Of a DNA stretch of 11,401 nucleotides, positions 7,014 through 11,401 are shown piece after piece. The notes below the pieces were generated by a model. It made no database searches and was not told the DNA's origin. It saw only the letters and a list, made by a program, of their open reading frames with translations. The translations under genes were made by a program, and so were the position numbers. The stretch lies in NCBI GenBank assembly GCA_016929575.1, contig JAFGIQ010000082.1:1-11401 (forward strand). The letters are read 5' to 3'. The DNA comes from a candidate division FCPU426 bacterium. Its GTDB lineage: Bacteria; Oederibacteriota; JAAXVQ01; JAUVAV01. The stretch's first letter is position 1. Each line of letters starts with the position of its first letter.

Positions 7014-7991
7014 CTAGAAAATCCCCGGAATCCGGCGCTGGCATTGGGGGCATTTCCCCTCTGTGATGCTGACGCTTTTGGTATGGTATCCCCGCCTTTC
7101 CACCAGCAGCCTGTTGCAGGCCGGGCAATGCAGGGCATCGTCCCCCTGGCCGAGATTGCCCAGGTACACCCAGGCCAGTTTGCGTTTGGCCAGATCGCGC
7201 GCCTGGCACAACAGCTCAGGATCGGTTGCCGGGGCCTCCCAGCGGTATTGCGGATAATAGCGCGTCAAGTGCAGCGGGATTTCCGAAGAAAGCCCGGCGA
7301 TCCAATCAACCAATTCGGCAATCTGTTGCAAATCATCATTGCCGCCCGTCACCACCAGATGCGTAATCTCCAGGTGGGCCGCGCTGGCGACGGTTGTGAC
7401 CGTCTCCAGCACAGGCGCCAGCTCGGCCGCACAAAACCGGCGGTAAAATTCCGGGCGCAAGGACTTGATGTCAATATTCCAGGCGTCGATCAGGGGCAAA
7501 AGCTCGGCCAGCGGGGGCGGCTGTATATAGCCGTTGGTCACCACTGCATTGAGCAGGCCCCGGGTGCGCGCCAACCGGGCGCAGTCCAGAAGATACTCAA
7601 AATTAATCAGCGGCTCATTATAGGTATAGGCTACTCCGCACGCTCCCTGCTCCAGGGCTTCTTCGATCAACTGCCGGGGCGCAAGCCGGGAGAGGGGCGG
7701 GTGTTCCTGGGAAATAGTCCAATTCTGGCAGAAAGAACAGCGGAAATTGCACCCGGCCGAACCGACTGACAGAATCTCCGTCCCCGGTTTGACATGAAAA
7801 AGGGGCTTTTTCTCTATCGGATCCATGGCCAGGGAAGAAATGTAGCCGTAGGCTTCGGCGCTGAGCATTCCCTGCCGCAGGCGCCGGACACCGCAACGGC
7901 CGGTTGTCCCCTCCCGTATCACACAGGCATGCGGGCAAAGCCGGCACTGCGCTTCGCCGTTTATCCTGTCCCAATGATGCGCAGCATGCAT
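7014..7991 (-). CDS. AmmeMemoRadiSam-system-type radical SAM enzyme (PflA/activase-like, TIGR04337-like)
   Basis: ORF 7014..7991, 325 aa. The N-terminal Cys cluster CRLCPHACVIREGTTGRCGVR is followed by DPIEKKPLFHVKPG and the radical SAM motif GCNFRCSFCQNWTISQ (CX3CX2C followed by QNW.ISQ). This architecture is characteristic of the radical SAM partner of AMMECR1 and Memo, and is distinct from NrdG. A C-terminal CPACN...CPQC pair is present. The SD-like GGGGAAGG lies 11 nt upstream of ATG 7991. The stop is TAG at 7014-7016. Confidence 0.88.
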   Translation of the reverse strand: MHAAHHWDRINGEAQCRLCPHACVIREGTTGRCGVRRLRQGMLSAEAYGYISSLAMDPIEKKPLFHVKPGTEILSVGSAGCNFRCSFCQNWTISQEHPPLSRLAPRQLIEEALEQGACGVAYTYNEPLINFEYLLDCARLARTRGLLNAVVTNGYIQPPPLAELLPLIDAWNIDIKSLRPEFYRRFCAAELAPVLETVTTVASAAHLEITHLVVTGGNDDLQQIAELVDWIAGLSSEIPLHLTRYYPQYRWEAPATDPELLCQARDLAKRKLAWVYLGNLGQGDDALHCPACNRLLVERRGYHTKSVSITEGKCPQCQRRIPGIF

Positions 7992-8068
7992 GGCTTATGC
8001 TACCTTCCCCAGCGGCCGGCCCCTCCCCCCGGGCCAAGCACAGGCCAGCGGACTTGACAGGCCGGATG

Positions 8069-8533
8069 TTATTCCTGTTTTTGACTGGCCAGCAGGTTCT
8101 TGACTTCTTCCATAAAGGCGTTGATGTCCTTAAACTGCCGGTACACCGAAGCAAAACGGACATAGGCAACCTCATCCAACTCCGCCAGTTTGCGCATGAC
8201 CAAATCGCCGATTTCGGAGGCGGGCACTTCCTTCTCCATTTTATTCTGGATGACCTTCTCAATCTCATCCACCGCCTGTTCCAGCATCTCCATGGCCACC
8301 GGCCGCTTCTCGCAAGCCTTGCGCATGCCCGAAACAATTTTAAAACGGTCAAAGGGCTCTCGCCGGTTGTCTTTCTTCACCACCATGGGCAGGATATCCT
8401 CAACCTGTTCATAGGTGGTAAAGCGTTTGCTGCATTGCAGGCATTCCCGCCGGCGCCTGATGGCCATTCCGTTTTTACTGGTACGTGAATCAACCACCTT
8501 GTCCTCCTGGTAACTGCAAAAAGGGCACTTCAT
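8069..8533 (-). CDS. nrdR: Transcriptional repressor NrdR (Zn-ribbon plus ATP-cone)
   Basis: ORF 8069..8533, 154 aa. It begins [42 protein letters not shown], which contains the Zn-ribbon CPFC...CLQC. An ATP-cone follows ([33 protein letters not shown]...[15 protein letters not shown]). This is canonical NrdR. Its ATG (8533-8531) overlaps the TGA of the upstream ligase-TPR gene as ATGA. Confidence 0.95.
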   Translation of the reverse strand: MKCPFCSYQEDKVVDSRTSKNGMAIRRRRECLQCSKRFTTYEQVEDILPMVVKKDNRREPFDRFKIVSGMRKACEKRPVAMEMLEQAVDEIEKVIQNKMEKEVPASEIGDLVMRKLAELDEVAYVRFASVYRQFKDINAFMEEVKNLLASQKQE

Positions 8534-10803
8534 GGGGAGACCCCCCTTTCTAGTCTTTCGATTTTCTTTTTCAGCTCCTCAGCCCGAGGATACCGGGGAG
8601 CCTGCTGCAGAATATACCTGTATTCCTGGACCGCTTCCCGGCCCAAACCCCTTTGCTCCATTATTAAAGCACGGTTGATTCTGGCTTCCAGGTATTGCGG
8701 TTTGATCTTCAAGGCTTCGTCAAAAGCCTGCACCGCCGCCTCCAATTCACCCCGCCGGGCGCGCACAATACCCAGGTTGCTCCAATTGGTGGAACGGGTA
8801 TTGACATCCCCCCGCCAATCCTTTTCCGCCGCCTGGTTGAAATAGGTAAAAGCGCCTTGCAGATCCTGGGCCATGAGCGCCAAATACCCTTTATATGAAT
8901 AGGGAATGGCAAAATCAGGGAAGATGCCAATCATCCGGTCCACGATGCTTTGCGCCTCAGCCCATCTTTTTTGGGAAAGGTAGACCGAAGCCAGATCCAG
9001 GGCAAAATAAACGTTGAAGGGATCCAGTTCTGTGGCCCGGCGGCATGCTTCCTCAGCCTCGGCCAGTTTTTCCGGATTCACAAAATCGCCCCAGTATTTG
9101 TAGACGCGTCCCAGATTGTTGAAATCATACCCATTCAGGGGATTGAGCCCCTGGGTATATTTGTGAATGTCCGCGGCTTTTTGCAGTAACGGTTCTTTTT
9201 GCTGCGCACTTTTGGCCGCCTCTTCATAGGCAATGCCGTACTTGACCCAATAAATTTCCCGGTTGGGACTGATGGCCACGGAACGCGCCATCTCCGCAAC
9301 TCCCTGCCCGGCAAGGCCGCGGGCCAAAAAAATCATGCCGCGTTTAAAAAAGACGTCTCCCAGCCAGCCGCGCAGGGAAAACATCATCAGGATCAACACC
9401 AGGCCGCAGGCGCCCAAATACGTCAGCCAGGGTTGTAATTTTACCGCCGCCAGTGAAAAATGCTGCTCGCCGTCTGGCACGACCTCTTCTGCTTCTTCCC
9501 TCCCCAGCGCCGGGCCCAAGGCCAGCAAAAACCAAAACAATGAACCGTAGGCCACAACCGTAAAGTTAAACTGATTCTGCACCAGGAACCCGGTTTGCGC
9601 GAGCATAATCGCCACGTTCACATGGCGCCGGAAGGGGGATAAAAACCTTTGCTGCCGCCAGCCGACGATAAAAAACACGGTCAACAGCCACAGCCAGGCG
9701 CCCAAGCCCAAAAAACCGGTAGTGGCGCCTATCTGCAGGAAAAAATTGTGCGCTTTCTCGGGGGTGCCGTTCCATTCCAGCCGCCAATATTCAGCCAAGC
9801 GGTATTTGGGAAAAGTTATTTGAAAAGTGTCCAGTCCGCTTCCCAGCCAAGGCTTGTCTTTCATCATCTGCAACGCACTGCGCCAGATATACAGGCGCGG
9901 CGTCAGTTTGACTGCTTTAGGGTTTAAAGTGGCCAGGGTCCGTGTCACCGTATGCTGGATGGTTCCGCGTACATAAGGTGAAAACAGCGTCAGACCGGCC
10001 AGCAGCGCAAAAACGATAAGCCATTTTTTATTCCGCGACCACAATCCCTCCTCGCGCTGTTTTACCCGCTCATAAAGGATATACGCACCCAGACAGGCGA
10101 CCTCAACCATCAGCGCATAGAAGGCCCCCCTGCTTTTGGTAAACATAATCGCCAAACCCATCAATACCACTGCCATCAGGTATAGCATTTTGGACTGGGT
10201 TTGTTGTTTGGCCAAAAACAGCATCATGGCGATCGGCAGGGACATAAGCAGGTAGGCCGCCAAAAAATTGGGATTCCCCAATGATCCGAACAAGCGCGAA
10301 GCGGTATAGGTGGTGGGATTCCACATCACAAAATCAATGCCGAAATTTTGGGCCACGGCGTATCCCGCCGCAAACACCCCGGCCAAAACGACCATGGTTA
10401 AAAATTTGCGGACCATGGACAAGGCGCGCGTCTGTTGATGCACCAACATCCACAAAAGTATGTAATTAAAAATAGTCAGCAGGCCCTCAAAATCTTCGTA
10501 GACGCCGTATATGCTGGTGGGGCGGTTATTGGTCCAGAGGGTTGACAGGATGGAACTGACGCCCACGGCGATCACCGGAGGCCATAGCGGCGAAGGACGC
10601 CAACGCATGCCGCCGGCTATAAAAACCTTGGACATATAAGCCAGCAGCGCGGTCAAGGTCAAGAGCCGAAAAGCCGTCAGTTTGTTCAATTCAAACACAT
10701 CGTGGGTAAAAGTGAAAAAAATCAGAGGCACGACCAAGAGCATGGCCATTAAGGAAAGCATAACCCCCTGATCACCCAGGAATTGCAGCTGGTTTTTTGT
10801 CAC
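8530..10803 (-). CDS. O-antigen ligase / Wzy_C-family polytopic membrane protein fused to a C-terminal TPR-repeat domain of about 350 aa
   Basis: ORF 8530..10944 (804 aa, in-frame from ATG 10944). The likely start is GTG 10803 ([25 protein letters not shown]...), which has a strong SD GGAGGAG 6 nt upstream. Alternative in-frame starts are ATG 10884 (MSSPGRKKRRGKS..., a basic N-tail with no clear SD) and ATG 10761. There are more than 10 TM helices, and the Wzy_C-like core is [26 protein letters not shown]-terminal TPR repeats are visible ([14 protein letters not shown]...; [14 protein letters not shown]...; [19 protein letters not shown]...; [32 protein letters not shown]...). The stop overlaps the nrdR start. 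Confidence 0.82.
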   Translation of the reverse strand: MTKNQLQFLGDQGVMLSLMAMLLVVPLIFFTFTHDVFELNKLTAFRLLTLTALLAYMSKVFIAGGMRWRPSPLWPPVIAVGVSSILSTLWTNNRPTSIYGVYEDFEGLLTIFNYILLWMLVHQQTRALSMVRKFLTMVVLAGVFAAGYAVAQNFGIDFVMWNPTTYTASRLFGSLGNPNFLAAYLLMSLPIAMMLFLAKQQTQSKMLYLMAVVLMGLAIMFTKSRGAFYALMVEVACLGAYILYERVKQREEGLWSRNKKWLIVFALLAGLTLFSPYVRGTIQHTVTRTLATLNPKAVKLTPRLYIWRSALQMMKDKPWLGSGLDTFQITFPKYRLAEYWRLEWNGTPEKAHNFFLQIGATTGFLGLGAWLWLLTVFFIVGWRQQRFLSPFRRHVNVAIMLAQTGFLVQNQFNFTVVAYGSLFWFLLALGPALGREEAEEVVPDGEQHFSLAAVKLQPWLTYLGACGLVLILMMFSLRGWLGDVFFKRGMIFLARGLAGQGVAEMARSVAISPNREIYWVKYGIAYEEAAKSAQQKEPLLQKAADIHKYTQGLNPLNGYDFNNLGRVYKYWGDFVNPEKLAEAEEACRRATELDPFNVYFALDLASVYLSQKRWAEAQSIVDRMIGIFPDFAIPYSYKGYLALMAQDLQGAFTYFNQAAEKDWRGDVNTRSTNWSNLGIVRARRGELEAAVQAFDEALKIKPQYLEARINRALIMEQRGLGREAVQEYRYILQQAPRYPRAEELKKKIERLERGVSP

Positions 10804-11020
10804 AAACGTCTCCTCCCGGCGCCGGCCTTGCTGCCACGATGCATTGCTCTTCCCCCGGCGTTTTTTTCGGCCAGGGGATGACATCTTATCAAATCTTCGT
10901 GCAATGGGGTAGGATTTTGTTGCTCCCGCAAGGATCACCTGCATATGTTTTCTTGCTTTTCCATCGGGGTCCAGACTTCCAGCCGCCTATTCAATGGTTG
11001 TAGCCGCGGACTCTTATTTT

Positions 11021-11058
11021 CTGCTGCCACATGGGTAAAAAGATGCCTCTGGCAGCAG
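11021..11058. repeat. Inverted repeat: a 9-bp perfect stem (CTGCTGCCA / TGGCAGCAG) with a 20-nt loop, in the non-coding region upstream of the ligase-nrdR operon
   Basis: Direct read: 11021-11029 ctgctgcca, and 11050-11058 tggcagcag (its reverse complement). It is flanked on the + strand by an A8 tract at 11074-11081. Confidence 0.8.
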
Positions 11059-11126
11059 CAGTGCCATGAGGATAAAAAAAACCGAACCCCTCCGGAAAAA
11101 GTTTTTACGGCATTGGCAATAAAGGA

Positions 11127-11173
11127 CTGTTTGGGATTGGGGTGGGCGGCCGGCGGATCTCAATCCCAAACAG
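11127..11173. repeat. Inverted repeat: a perfect 13-bp stem (CTGTTTGGGATTG / CAATCCCAAACAG) with a 21-nt GC-rich loop. It is a candidate minus-strand terminator or structured RNA element.
   Basis: Direct read: 11127-11139 and 11161-11173 are exact reverse complements. On the minus transcript the stem is followed by UCCUUUAUUG (U-rich). On the + strand it is followed 14 nt later by TTTTT. No credible ORF covers it. Confidence 0.8.
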
Positions 11174-11328
11174 CCGTTCGCGAGCAGTTTTTCAGAGGTT
11201 TCAATCTGTCATCCCTACTGCCGGCTGGCCCGTATGCATCGCCTGCTGCCGCGCGGCACAAATGCCGGCGGCCGCCGTGCGGATCTCCCGCAAGCCCAGG
11301 CCAGCCCCTGCACAATTCTATCCGCCGC

Positions 11329-11363
11329 ACGGCCGTCGCCAAAGGGGCAGGACGGCCGTCGCC
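11329..11363. repeat. Tandem direct repeat of a palindromic 12-mer, ACGGCCGTCGCC, present twice with a 23-bp centre-to-centre spacing
   Basis: Direct read: 11329-11340 and 11352-11363 are identical. Each contains the palindrome ACGGCCGT, and the second copy reads GACGGCCGTC. This is an operator-like arrangement at the window edge. Its function is unknown. Confidence 0.6.
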
Positions 11364-11401
11364 GGCTTTTGGCCTGCGGGCGCAAATAAAGGGACGCCAT
11401 C

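Noticed and set aside
6874-7209. The N-terminal 112 codons of ORF 6424..7209, which would make a 261-aa protein
   Set aside because: This part overlaps the 3' end of the radical SAM gene and is Gly/Pro/Arg-rich with no hydrophobic or structured signature. A strong SD plus ATG ATG sits at 6873/6870, exactly where the hydrophobic membrane protein begins.
7014-7991. The idea that the radical SAM enzyme next to nrdR is the anaerobic RNR activase NrdG
   Set aside because: NrdG is much smaller, has its CX3CX2C motif at the extreme N-terminus, and lacks the CxLCPHxC / DPIEKKPL / CQNW.ISQ signatures seen here. No nrdD gene is adjacent.
8055-8060. A TTGACA hexamer on the + strand in the nrdR / radical SAM gap
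   Set aside because: It points rightward, antisense into nrdR, with no matching -10 at the proper spacing and no + strand gene to serve.
11160-11400. The minus-strand ORFs 11160..11342 and 11215..11400, and a frame open to the right edge, considered as a possible gene terminating at the 13-bp hairpin
   Set aside because: The translations are Arg/Gly/Ala/Pro-rich with no recognisable domain and no RBS. Stacked palindromes in this region argue for non-coding structure. The question remains open because a gene could enter from beyond the window.

Overview
This is a GC-rich (about 58-60%) bacterial chromosomal segment in which all nine protein-coding genes I can support lie on the minus strand, separated by short gaps. 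Sulfate-reducer or syntroph-like anaerobe is a guess from gene content. Reading in the direction of transcription (high to low coordinates), the genes are: a Wzy_C/O-antigen-ligase-family polytopic membrane protein with a C-terminal TPR array (8530..10803); nrdR (8069..8533), whose ATG overlaps the ligase stop as ATGA; an AmmeMemoRadiSam-type (PflA-like) radical SAM enzyme (7014..7991); a small polytopic membrane protein (6424..6873); a 187-aa soluble protein of unknown function (5706..6269); a PHP-domain plus Zn-ribbon protein resembling endonuclease Q (TIGR00375-like) (4287..5597); a roughly 914-aa secreted tandem M16 (PqqL/pitrilysin-like) zinc peptidase (1385..4129); an SPFH/band-7 prohibitin-like membrane protein (429..1247) with its own sigma70-like promoter; and the 5' part of a 1Fe superoxide reductase (neelaredoxin-type) gene that runs off the left edge (1..325). 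The superoxide reductase is missing from the supplied ORF track, presumably because its stop lies outside the window. The long + strand ORFs are antisense artefacts of the high GC content. I found no tRNA, rRNA, CRISPR array or mobile element. There is no canonical, obviously novel multi-gene system. Four things are worth a second look. The radical SAM gene lacks its usual AMMECR1 and Memo neighbours. nrdR is translationally coupled to a glycosyl-polymerase-like TPR gene rather than to nrd, rib or dnaB genes. A bacterial EndoQ-like PHP nuclease is present. The roughly 450-bp GC-rich non-coding region at the right edge (10945..11401) carries a perfect 13-bp inverted repeat, a 9-bp inverted repeat, an A8/T8 tract and tandem palindromic 12-mers.
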